A stretch of 64,000 bases of DNA from Klebsormidium nitens (taxonomy: Eukaryota > Plantae > Klebsormidiophyceae), in NCBI GenBank assembly GCA_000708835.1, contig DF237046.1, forward strand, positions 70,079 to 134,078, in the 5' to 3' direction. Positions 36,601 to 48,420 of this stretch are shown piece by piece. The notes beneath the pieces are model-generated. The model was given only the letters and a program-made list of their open reading frames with translations. It searched no databases and had not been told where the DNA came from. A program made the translations under genes and the position numbers. Every line of letters starts with the position of its first letter. Position 1 is the first letter of the stretch.

Positions 36601-39600
36601 AGAAGCCCTATCAGCAACGCATTGAAGCCCGGCAGCGGAGGAGGTCGGGAAATGATTCTGATTGCGCTTCTGGCCAGGTACAAGGACCAGCTGACAAGCG
36701 AGTACAAACAGAGCTACATGCAGCGCCACTCGATTCTGTCAGCCGCGTTCGGCCTGCTCGACGAAGAGAACAAGGGCCACCTGGATATTGGACAGGCACG
36801 TACCGACCGTCCCGTCTGTACGGCGTCCGTTTGAACAAACTTCAGGGGACTGCTTCATGTTGCCTCATAAAGGGGCAACCTTTGTTCTGCCGTATCAAGG
36901 CAGACGCAGAATACCAATCTGCACCTGAAAGGCACCAGTTTCGTGTGCGAAGAACGGAGTCGGACCGGTCAGCAAGTGTTGCTTTCCTCACAAGCTTCTC
37001 GACGATTGCCCAGCTTTCTCTGGGCTCCGTTCCGGGCCTCTCCGACACGTTCTTTCCGTATGAATCATCGGCGGCTGTCCGTGTGCAGGTCAGCAGCCTG
37101 CTGCAAGCCCTCAACAAGTACCGCAACATGCCCGATATTTCCAAAAAGGTACTCCTTACCTTTCTCCTTGCTACGCCTACCGACCCGACTTATGCTGCGC
37201 CTCGATTCTTCCGGATCGTACCCTCATCTAACGTACTTCTTGCCTGCTCTCAGTCTGCATGAGTCCTTCTGCATCAATTGCCTTTCTATGCTGTCCTGGT
37301 TCTTGGTCCTGATCTGTACAGACTCCCTGGCGGCTGGCAGGAAATGGAGCACATCTTCCTGGCGTTGGACGACTCCGGCGACAACCTCATTTCGGAGGAC
37401 GAGTTCTCGGACCTGTGCGTCGCCATCCGGCTGCGATTCGTCAAGACGGACGAGCCCACGCTCCTCGAGAAGTACCTCCCCCGTGAGCCGCCTGCTTCGC
37501 TGCATCCTTGCGTTTCCGTTCTGCTTCTGTGCCCCGAACGAAAGCAGAGGCTACCCGGAACATGTGACCGCTGAACCGATAAGCGAGCCAAGAGTCGAGG
37601 TGTGAATTTCCAGATTGCCTCAAGAGTTCTCGAGTTGCCACGCTTCGGATGGCGGAACCGAAGATACTGCTTTGCCGAGAGGCCCATCCCTGCATTCTAA
37701 GCATTTGATTTCCCACATACTCTGAGTCGGACCTAACTTCGACATCAGCAACCAATATCAGCAAATCGCACGTTCTATTCCGACGCTCCTTCCAGGTGTT
37801 GCCGCCTCCCGCTCGTACGCCGGCTTCAAGGCGCTTGTGCAGAGCGCGCGCTTCGGGCAGCTGGTGCAGGGCGTGCTTTTGGTCCAGGCGGTCATCATCG
37901 CCATCGAGTCCGCCTTCGACGTGCAGGACAACACCAAGTGAGCACCGCTCATGCTCTTGTTGCGGCGCTCCTAGAAACCATGCGAAACATTGTTTATATT
38001 GACTCGGAGGACAACCGGATGTGCTGGATGGAATATTGGACCCTTTACCTGGCCACAAATGGAGGACAAGGCCCCTTTCAGTTGAGGCGTGGCAGCTCCA
38101 GTGCGCAGCGAGTTCGCCATGTTCGCGCTTCAGGACGCAAAAACCTATTTTGGCCTTATGGGTGTGCACGTTCTTGAGTGTCTCGCAACCGCAAACGAAC
38201 GAACAGTCTATCTCGCAAGCGAAAACCAATCGCTCTGCCCTGACCGCGGGCGGTGCACGGTATCTCGCCAGGCTGCAGGCGGTGTGGCTGAACATCGAGA
38301 TGGCGTTCGGGTGGCTGTTTTTGGTGGAGCTGGCAGCCAAGCTGCTCGCGCACGGTACCGCCAACTACTGGCGCAAGGGCTCCAACCGCTTCGACATGCT
38401 CGTCACCCTGGGAGTGGTCGCCACTCAGGTCCGGCCGGCAGCGCGCAAGCTCATTGTCAGCCTTTCAGTGGTTTGGATGCGCAAAGTTGCTTTTCCTGAC
38501 TTCAAAAAGGAATGGGTGATGGCAACACGTGGTCTGCCATATCATTCAGATACCTGGTCTTCCTGGCTTGTGGCGCCAGAGAGAGCCGTTAAGGTTCTCC
38601 AACCAAAGTTACTCACTTCTCGTCAGGCTGTAAGTGGGAATGACAACGGTATCTGCTGACTTCTCTGACTGCGTCCAGCCCACACCTCGCCAAGAGATTG
38701 CCTTTCTTTCGTTCCCTGGTCTTACAAATGGTGACTCCAAAAGCCGTCTTTCGCTTCTCCCCAGACCTGCTTCAAACGAATCCGTTATCAGCGGCAGCAA
38801 ACATGCTGTTTCATTCGTTGACGTTTACTTGCCACGTGGCGCAGCTGCTGATCCTGAGCGACGTCCTCCCGGCGGAGAGCATCCGGTACGCGCTGATCCT
38901 GTGCGTGCTGCGGCTGGGCCGCGTGCTGACGTCCGTCGAGCGCTACTCCGTCATCATGTCCGCCTTCTTCAGCCTCTGGCAGGTCGTCTTCCCGGTGAGA
39001 CGCCCCGGGGGGCTTCTTTTGAATCACAACCTCAGCTGCTCTGCGCTACTGAGGAGACCGGTCGCAAAGTGCCGGGTGGGCCTAAGGAATGTTGGTTTAC
39101 CTCAGACCGCTGTCCCGACTACTTTGAGTCATCAAGCGTCAAAAAATATCAGGGCCCCGGAGTGTTCAAAGATTGGATCAGAGGGGCTGAGCCCTGCCTT
39201 GACGTGGCGGCCAATAGAGCCAGCGCTTCCAACGAAGCCGGCCGAACAGCTGCCTGACACAGCGGGTGTGCTGTGTGCTTCTGGCAGGTGATTGGCGTCA
39301 CGTACTGCTTCAGCTCCATCTTCTGCAGCATCGGCATCGAGCTGTTCGGAGGCAAGGTGTTCGACGGCTCGCCAAGCATCCGAGGTGAGGAGCATCAGCC
39401 GCTACCTCCTGCAATACTTGACACAAAGCCCAATGAAGGAAGAGCAACCGTTTGGAGAGAACTAGCGGTTTCTTGTTTGAAGTAGTGACTGTGGTCCGTG
39501 GGGCTGCAACCCTTCTCAGCCCAGTTTATAGTTCAGTGTCTATAATAGCTTCCTCTTTTGACTAGATAGACTACGAGCCGCGGACAGGTTCGACGTGGTC

Positions 39601-41564
39601 GTTTTTGTACTCGTTCAAACGAGGCTGAATAAAGTGCTGTTGAAACATTGAGAGTCCGGAGGGGCCCGATTCGATGTGGCTCACGGGCGCAGCTTTTGTT
39701 CTCATACCGCCTCCGTCTTCGCTTGACAGGCACGTCTTACGAGCACAGCAGCTACATGGCCATGAACTTCAACGACTTCGCCTCAGGAATGGTGAGCATC
39801 GATCCTGGCGAGTCCTTGTGTTTCGCAGTCCCCCTCAGAAGCACAGGATCGGGGAACTCGATCAGAGAGCAAAGACCTGTGTTCTTGCTCGCACCATTTC
39901 AAAAACATCGCAGGTCGGGTCCCAAGCCACCTTCTCCGCGATGCGACGTCCTGTTTCACAGTCTTTTGACGCCGTTCTGTGTTTTGCAGGTGCTAATTTT
40001 CCAGTGGCTCAACGGCACGCTCTACTCGGACTGGCAGTCCATCGCGTCCAACATCTACCCCTCCCCCTGGATCCGCGCCTACTTCGTCGCCTTCCTCGTG
40101 CTCGGGTAAGCACACGCCGCGCACAGAATATCGAAGCCCGATTCTTCCTCTACCATCTTACGTTATTCTCTTCCGTCTTGAGTACGAAAGGGTCGTTCGT
40201 GTGTTTACGAGTTTGGCTGGTCTTCATGCGTTGCTGAAAGTCGGACAATCGGCAACGTGGTTGGAAGTGGCGACTGGGAACACCCCCGAGGCAACGAGCT
40301 GGGCGGCTGTGCTTTATATCAGCATGCTTTCATTCCGGAAGTCGTGATCCGACCTGCTGATGCCGTCCTCTTGATATTCTTAGCGGAATCTGGACACGCA
40401 ACGGGCAGAAGAAAACTGCTGCGTCAGTGCAGATTGAGCGACGCCAAGCTTGCATATTGATGCTGCGTGCTCGAGCCCGAAAGAGTCGATGGGGTCTAGG
40501 ATTCAGCGGGCAATCCAAGCTGAGCAATGGCACTGCTCCTGAAGTATGTGGCCTTTTGGATGGGCGTTCCCGCAGTCTCATACTTTCGTCTGCCTCCCGG
40601 AGCACACGTCGGCGCCCCCAACCGCGCCGCTTGCCTGCGGGGCACGTTGCACCTCATCTGCCCGCTTTCTACGTTCCTCAAGAGTCGCTCGCTACGGCGC
40701 TGTCCGCTCCTGCTTTATACCAGTGACTGTGCAATTTGTCGCTGACTGTGCGCTTCCCTTATTGTGCAGGACCATCTTCATCATGAACGTTTTCATCGGC
40801 TTCGTAAGTGGACACGCCTTCCCGATCCGGCTGTCGCCGCCTGTTGTTGATCCAACGTGCCTTGATGTCTTCAATCACTCACCGACCAACCGGAAGCTTG
40901 ACCGAGTTTGCTACCTAGCACTCTGGCCGGAATCAAGCACGGCCTGTGCTCACTGTCCGGAACACGTTGCAGTTCATTCCCGTGTTCTTGCTGAGACGAA
41001 TCGCGGGTCAAGCCGCACTTGTTCCTAGCTGGGTGACCGGCAATTCACCCTGCGTTTGTGCCCTTCCAGGTGTTTGACGCGTACTACACGCAACAAGAGA
41101 TCATGGCCAACAAGGGCGGCAACGAGCGGAGCGCGCTGCGGCTGGAGGGCGTGCACGGGGCGAACGTGGAGGTCGAGCTCAGCGACCGCTTCCAGCAGGT
41201 GCGCAAGCACTTTTGGGCTGCTCCTCTGTCTTCCGGTGCAAGTCTTGAAGGAACTTGTTTAAGAGAGCATTCTGCATCGTTTTTGCGCTGGGCCCCTCAT
41301 GCGTGAAAATAGGCCCTGGCTTGTCGAGGACAATATTCATGTTGATCATGCAACGTCTGTTGACGCATTGCACATGCTGTAACGCTGGAAGGAGGAATAA
41401 GATTGGGAACTGAGGACAAACAGTTGGTTTGATGCGGCAGACGAACCACTCCCTCTTGTCGTAAGGTTTTATCATCGCTTTTACAGGTTATGGACCGGAT
41501 GCTTGGTGGCGAGGAGCTGAAAAAACTAACCTCTCAGAAGGGCATGGCACAGGAGGGAACTTAA
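33635..41564 (+). CDS. TPC1: Two-pore cation channel (plant TPC1-like, divergent), 18 exons
   Basis: N-terminal MTRVEEPLL dileucine-type motif, RAAALVDLAEDGIGLP, LNFIEVPSWC, FRLAPYLR, pore 1 FTGSNVPDFWMPAF, a central EF-hand pair, NRFDMLVT, S10 IRYALILCVLRLGRVL, ELFGG and NFNDFASGM. Phases are continuous. Confidence 0.93.
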
Positions 41565-42675
41565 CGGCTCCCACTGTGATGCAACATTGCTTCTCACTTC
41601 TTCGTACCTTGATGAGCCCAAACTTTCTTCTCCAGACTGTGATGCCAGAAGCAGACTGGCGATACGAATTAAGGTTGTACTACCTGCTCAATTGTCTCGC
41701 TATCGAGCTCGCAGAGAATCATGAATGATGTTGTAGAAGCTTTATGGATGCACAAGAGGCCTTTTGATCAGACGTGTTTGTGATTGCACGGCAAAGACGA
41801 CGACTCGTTTTACTTTAGTGTCTCGACCACATTTCGACGCCGGCCTGCTTCCTTACGTGTGATTCTCCTGAACGTAACAGTTCGGCAGACCATCCGGATC
41901 TAGCACATGCTTTTGCACATGCCGATCACTTCAACAACTCATATTTTGCACGGGAATGGAAGAATGCACAGGGTAGTACTCTTGAATCTTGGGCAGATCT
42001 CATGCATATACACGAATGCAATAATTGGTGCAGCCGTACAGTGACATATGATGCATGATCCAGTATATGGTACAGAGCTTCCATCTAAACTCAAATGCTG
42101 AACAATCATACATCTTCACTCCGTCATCCTCATACTCACCATCTCGCAAGGTCCTTAGTAGGTCATCGATCTGATATGGATTGATCTGCACCGTGTACCA
42201 TATGGCTTGATGGAAGGCAAGTTGTGCATCCACAAGTAGCTGGCTACCTACTTGTTTTGCATCTATAGCCATGTGCACAATGTGCAATGCTTTGGCCGAC
42301 GAACTTCCTTAAGCACTCAGCGACGTGTAGCTAAAAGAATTTGGCAACCCACCAAATCAGTAGATCAGTCTACGGTACCCAGGGCTCTTGTGATCAATCA
42401 CGATCCTTGTCGAAAGCACGCCATGAGAGGCCATCGCATAGAGCTGAAAGCAGCAGCTGGTCCGACACGCCTACAGCACGAATGCTGTATCGTAGTGTTG
42501 GCGGCCCGCTGGCGGCCGCCCAGGAATCCAGAACGAGTGCGACCCTTCTTATATATCTTCAGCACTCCGACTCGGACGTGGACTCTGCTAGGACCAGGGC
42601 CCAGGGGATTGACAGTGTCAGCTGGACGCTTGCCATACGTGCAGAAGCTTCCGCCTAAACCTACAGTTTGAACGC

Positions 42676-44226
42676 GTACTTTAAACGCCGCCAATGATGG
42701 AGCTCGAAGACTGGTACGGTAGCAGGTAGCTAGCCTCTAGGTACCGTATCCAGAGAAAGTCGGAACGTAGCGTACTATCTTTGGCATGTGACATGTACGG
42801 TCTGCCAATCGGCAGACCGTACGGAACTAATACCTACGAGGGACCGAGGGTTCAAACTTCAAACTTGAACGCCGGCGGCCGGACTCCGGAGGCCAGGGTA
42901 ACCGCATGGTGAATTGTACTAACTCAATCCACCGGGATGAATGATGTGAATGGTGTACCATTCGATTCGAACGGTTACTGAGTTGACCCGAGTTGGTAGC
43001 CTGAATGACTGCTGATCATATGGCTGTTTCTCAGTTAACCCTTGACACTTGCCGATATTCCCAGGGCGGGAGGTTTGATCTGAAGAGATTCTCACTTTTC
43101 CAGTGCTCTCATATGTTGATAGCTCGCTACTCATACGAGCATGACTCAAGAGCATTTGCGGGAATCGCGGTTTTGAGAATTTTCATCTACCGGGCATTAG
43201 TTAAGGCCCTCAAAGCCCAGAGGCTGCCCGGTGGCTACCATTCTTGTACCATTCACACACCATTCAATCAAAACGTGTTGATTGGTATGCATTGATATCA
43301 TCCCAAGAGCCACAAAACACCATGCGGTTACCCTGCCGGCGGAGGCCCGGAGGCTGGAGCCCATGGGCCGCGACCCGTAACGTACCGATAACCAAGACCG
43401 TACAAATGTTGGTACGTGACCTGGGTCCTTGAAAGTTGAGGTGCCTGGTCAGGTCAAACTACCTCACCTACTACCGGCAGTACAAGAGGTACCAGGGTCC
43501 GGTACCTTTACCGGTATACGGTACCTAGTTTCAATGATCATAATGGACGGTAGTACCGGTAGGTACCAGGGTCCAGGTACCTGGCAGGTAGTCACTAGTG
43601 TAGTGTTCTGCTGTTATACGCGATGCATGCGGGCGGCATAGGTATGAGATCGCACTCATGAACACCGCCATCTGTACGTGGTCATTGTAAAGTCGAATCC
43701 GTCGCAATATGTGACGTATCGGATCCTGCATTTAACGCAGATCGATAATCGTGATTACTCGCATATACCTACTTCCATATCGAACGTACGCATATATGCC
43801 ATATATGCCGTTTGATGCTTCACCGGCCGCCGTCGGAAGGCCTTCGTTCCTCGCCGGCTGCAGAATATCAAAGGGTATGCAACAGCCATAGCTCACGTAC
43901 CAGGTGAGCTATGGCTAGAATAGGCTTGACACTTATGATCGAGAAGCTGAGAACCGGGTGCTGCTGGAGTATACGTCGACATCCGGGTTTTGTAAGTTAC
44001 GCCGCCACGGAAGGCAGACATCGGGGCTCTGCTACGGTACCGTACCGCAGCCGGGGGTTCCGTTATACGTTTTCAACTAATATCAGTGCATTTTTATCGT
44101 ATTTGGTAAAAATCCCGGATTCTAAGAGATTTGCCGGCAACCGACGTCATACTAGTGACGTAGGTGCATCGCCGGCGGCTAATGCGGTATACAACCGGTG
44201 GTTAGGACGCGTCGTACGGCCCGTAC
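42676..44226. promoter_or_regulatory. GTAC- and palindrome-dense region upstream of the MYB gene
   Basis: About 26 GTAC tetramers by hand count in ~1550 bp, versus ~6 expected at uniform composition. Perfect hairpins at 42795-42822 (12-bp stem) and 43884-43916 (13-bp stem), and a 12-bp palindrome at 44033-44044. A regulatory role is inference only. Confidence 0.35.
42895..43334. repeat. Perfect 17-bp inverted repeat (AGGGTAACCGCATGGTG / CACCATGCGGTTACCCT) around a 406-bp spacer, with weaker inner arms; MITE- or foldback-like
   Basis: Arms at 42895-42911 and 43318-43334. Inner complementarity GTGAATGGT/ACCATTCAC at ~42946 and ~43248. No target-site duplication identified. Confidence 0.55.
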
Positions 44227-44602
44227 CCCACTTACATGAAACGTTGCACACGTCATGTTGAATAAATGACCACTTTCTGGATCTGCCAATTTGCTGATTC
44301 CTGATTTCTGCAACCTGATACGGGGTCTGTTGAACTGGAAAGTGCGACGAGCCTCGGGGCGGTCAATCCCAGTCCTCAGGCTCCTATGAGGCTGTATGAA
44401 AGTTGCCAGATGCATGTAAAATGCTGATCATCTGCCCTGGCAGCGGTGGCGCTCGATGTGATCCTGCAACTGGAATGAGTCAGGCAGAGAGGAAGGGAGG
44501 TTGTCCAATGCCAGCTTGGGTCCCCCTGGCATAGTCTAGACGGATAATGCCGCGAGGGGCACGTCGATAGTTCAGCTGTGCACCATGCAGTTTCCTCCAA
44601 GG

Positions 44603-47600
44603 ATGGAGGAGATTGCACCCACCGGAGATGATGGCCTGCACCGGGGCCCATGGGCCGAGTGGGAGGATGAGCTGCTAGTCAAGTATGTGGCCAAGTACGG
44701 GGAAGGAAACTGGGCCAGCGTCAAGGAGAAGCCAGACATTGGGCTGAAGAGATGCGGGAAGAGTTGCCGGCTGAGGTTTTTGAACCACCTCAAGCCCGGT
44801 TTGAAGAAAGGAGCGTTTAGGTACGGCGGAGGCATTGGTGTTGCTTTTGTGTTAAAAGTAGAGCTGACTTGCTGAGGAAGGTATTATGATAGATGCATGC
44901 ATGGAGCGAGCTCGCTTGAATGTTATGCTTTCAATTGCATTTCAGCTTGTTTTCTTTTTTTGCCATGTTGCTTGTAGATTCTTGGCTAGCAAGATATCTC
45001 TTGCAGCAATGAAAGTTTTGTATTCCTTGCTATTATTGAAACATGCTTTACAGCGGCAAGTCCAGTCTATTGAAGATGAAGGATAAGGTGATTGAAATGC
45101 CTAGAAAGCTTGAACTATTTTGAAAGCAGAGCTGGTTTGCCACAGGGCATGGGGTCTGCATTTGATCGCGAAGCGCCTTAGTGTTGGACACCATCTATCT
45201 GACGCATTATCGGTCACATCAAGGCCTGATGCAGTTGTAATGTACACCGATCCGCTGACAATGACAGGGAATCCTGTCTCGTGGCTCCATTTCAAACCAC
45301 CAAGATGTGGCAGCAGTCGCTGTCGCTTCATATCTGGGCTTTAAGGCTTGCGGTATCAATGCCCTGATGACTGGTTCTCACAGCAGCCTGCCTTTCATCT
45401 GCAGTGAGGATGAGGAGGACCTTATTTTCACCCTCCACACCTACTATGGAAACAAGTAAGGGCAGATTGCGCTCCATACAGCACCCAGCTTGCTTTGAGA
45501 GTGCGAATTGTTCCCCTTGATGCATTGACACCTGTGATACCTGTGAGACAGTCCTCTGTGTGAATCCCTCGCCCCACCTTCGTGACTCTTCTGATGAACC
45601 TTTCTCTCTCCATATATTTTGATTATTATGAGGTCAAAAAGTTTCTTGGTTCTTATTCATGCCAAGCCGTGTCACATCCTCTCAGTGCTCCCGCTTCTGT
45701 CCACCCTCAGATGGTCAAGAATCGCGCTGGAGCTCCCCGGACGCACAGACAATGAGATCAAGAACTTTTACCACTACAAGTGTAAGAAGCTGGAGAATGC
45801 CAGGCTGTCGGTGCCGGGCCAGTCCGCGCAAGACAAGGTTCGGGCGCACGAGTTTGTGCATAGCAGGATGTCGACCGAGGAGCTCTCCATCAACCTCGCC
45901 CCGCGCGAGCCCCCTCCTGCGAGCCTGCTTGGCAAGCGGGACCGGGCAGATACCCCCGATCGTGACGTCAAGTTCCAGAAGACCGACTCCGCCCGGCCTG
46001 TTCCGATGCCGCCACTCCCGCCCCAACAAGGGAACAGCAACATAACGTTGCGCGTGCCCATCATTGGGCCTTCCAAGCCCTTGCAGTTGGGGGACCATCC
46101 CCCGATTGAGAAGCCCCTTCCGGTGCAAAGAATCACTTCAAACAAGAACCTCGAGTCTGCTGGCAAGCTCGCCCAGACTGCAATCGACGCCGCGCGCGCC
46201 TCTGCGTCTGCGGGGGGGAGAGTGGACGAAGCAGCCCTCATGGCGGCGGCGGCCTTGCATAGGAACAGCACAATGGACACAAAGCCTTCAGATGCTGTAA
46301 CAAACATGATGACGGGGGTAGCTCGCCTGGCGGCCGAAGCGGTGCTCCCACGGGCAAGCAGCACAGGGTTCGACCTGGGAGGGGGGGGTGGGCAGTTCCC
46401 GCTGCAGTTGCCGGCGGGATACCTGCAGCAGCAGCAGCGGCTCGAGCTGCTGTCGCAGCTGTACAACACCTCAGAGCAGCAGGGGATGAAAGTGCAGCAG
46501 CAGGTGGCGGCGCTGTTTCCCGCGAGCCCCGTCTCGATCCTGGACGTGGCGCAGCTGGACCAGCACCAGAGGCAGCTTCTTGAAACACGGGTGCGTGCGC
46601 TGTTGGCGGCGAGGCGGGGGGGGGACGTCCTGAACCGCCAGGCGAGCGAGCCTGCGCGGCTGGACCTGTTGCGGCGTGCCATGGAGATTGAGGCGGCAGG
46701 GCGGGGTGCTATTGGGGCAGCGCGGCCGGTGGACCAGGTGGAACAGACTCTAGAAAGGGCGGAGGCGTTTCTGCGGCCAAAGCAAGAATTGGGGGCAGGG
46801 GGGGTGGGAGCCCCGGAGCACGGTCTTGACAGGCAGGAAGAGATGAGGCCAGGCGGGTGGAGCGATGAGCCATTGCGCCAGGGGGGTGCCGGTCCTATGG
46901 CCGAAGTCGGGCCCAGAGCAAAGAGCAGCGAGATAGCGCCAAGCCAGACGACGGAGGGGGCTTCCCCCTTGTCCCACATAGAGAGTGTTGAGAAGGAGGC
47001 AGCAAACCCCAAGGGGCGGGAAGACGGGGGCTCCATTGGGTCAGAGGAGGTCAGGGCACAAGACTCGAGTGGCAGCTTGCTGGGTCCCAAGATGAAGGCC
47101 TTCAAGGAGCTGCGGCGGCCGCAACTGGACATACTGGGCCAGGGAGAGGATCCGGAGCCCGGCCCGCTGACCGCTGCGGTCGGGCGCCACATCAGCCCCT
47201 CGGAAAGCACGGCGCGCACGCCGGCGTGGCTGTGGTCCCCCCGGCTGAGCGCGGGGCGCAAGAAGTGGGCAGGCCCAATCTGGAAGACGGTGAACGGACA
47301 CTCGGTGGACATCAGCGAGCTGAGCCCGGACTACGTCAGCGAGCTGTGGGGCCTGGACGCCGAGACGTTTGCGTGCAAAACGCCCACGCTGTCACTGTTC
47401 CCGGGGGCGGTCAGCGACGATGAGGTGAGCAAGCAGAGGCGTCTGGCAAAGTCCCCACTGCACGGCCTGAAGTGGGCAGCAGCAGGCCCCTTGAGCGTTT
47501 TAGGAGTGGTGACATGTTATGCTGTACCGAGTTTTACGACGAACTTTGTGCACAGCAGTTAGTGTGCACAGGGCTCTGCCGCAGTGCCAGTCTCCCTGCT

Positions 47601-48420
47601 CTTCAGTGTGTCGTCTCTTTCTTTGTTTTCACAAGAATGTGGCACGGCATCCGAGCCCTTCGCCTGTCAACTTCGCCGTCCGACCCTGACCCTTTTTTTC
47701 CAGGCCTTCAGCCTGACCGACCGGGGACCCAGTACGGCGCGCTCCCCGTCCACCAGCGACGGCCCCCCCTGGCTCCCGTGGCTGCCACTGGACGGCAAGG
47801 TGGTTACTCGGGATGAGGTGTCGGGCAAGCTAGTGTCCCCTCGCACCGTTATGGAAGCCATCGAGAGCGGGCCCCTCAGTCCGTGGTCCCCGCGGGACTT
47901 GTTGGAGTCGCCCTCGGATGGGCAGCTCACCAGCCTGGGGAGCAGCAGGGGCAGCGGGCGGGCCCACCAGTGGTGGCTCTCGCTCATCGGCACCCCCCGC
48001 GAGCAGCCGGCGGAAGAGAAGCAGGACAGGGCAGGCCCGGGGGGGGGGTTCCGGGAGGGACCAGCTAGTGAAGCGGCACAAGGGCAGGAGGGAGGGGTGA
48101 AAAGTGGGGGTTTGGTTCGGGAGGCGAGCCTGAGAATTGAGGGCAAGGTCGGGGAGTCCAAAGAAGGGGGCCTTGTTGCTGAGGGGACTTGGCCGTCGCT
48201 GGAGGACAAACGTCGGCCCACCAGTTCGTTCACCTTCGCCACGTTCGCTTCCCAAGGGGACCAGACTGGGGCTGGGGACGACCAACGAAAGGACGAAACA
48301 CCCGCAGAGTCTGCGCCTGAGTCAGGGTTGAGAGGTGGCAGCCCCAAGTCGGCCTCTATGCTGGAGCAGGTACGCAGCCTGTTCACCAGACCCAGCGGGC
48401 CGCGACTCGACTCAAAGTAG
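44603..48420 (+). CDS. R2R3-MYB transcription factor with a long low-complexity C-terminus: 4 exons (44603-44820, 45405-45455, 45711-47424, 47704-48420), ~900 aa; alternative ATG at 44585
   Basis: R2 (RGPWAEWEDELLVKYVAKYGEGNW...RCGKSCRLRFLNHLKP) and R3 ([43 protein letters not shown]) assembled across phase-2 introns. The NHLKP motif is GAMYB-like. Confidence 0.92.

Noticed and set aside
45720-45745. TGGAGCTCCC in the MYB as a miR159/319-type target site
   Set aside because: Only 10 nt match, the sequence encodes the conserved R3 LELPG, and it is not the position or full sequence of the GAMYB target site.
45774-47312. 512-aa minus-strand ORF over MYB exon 3, and similar long antisense ORFs over RPA2, TPC and TTC39 exons
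   Set aside because: These are typical shadow ORFs of GC-rich coding exons, with no independent motifs.
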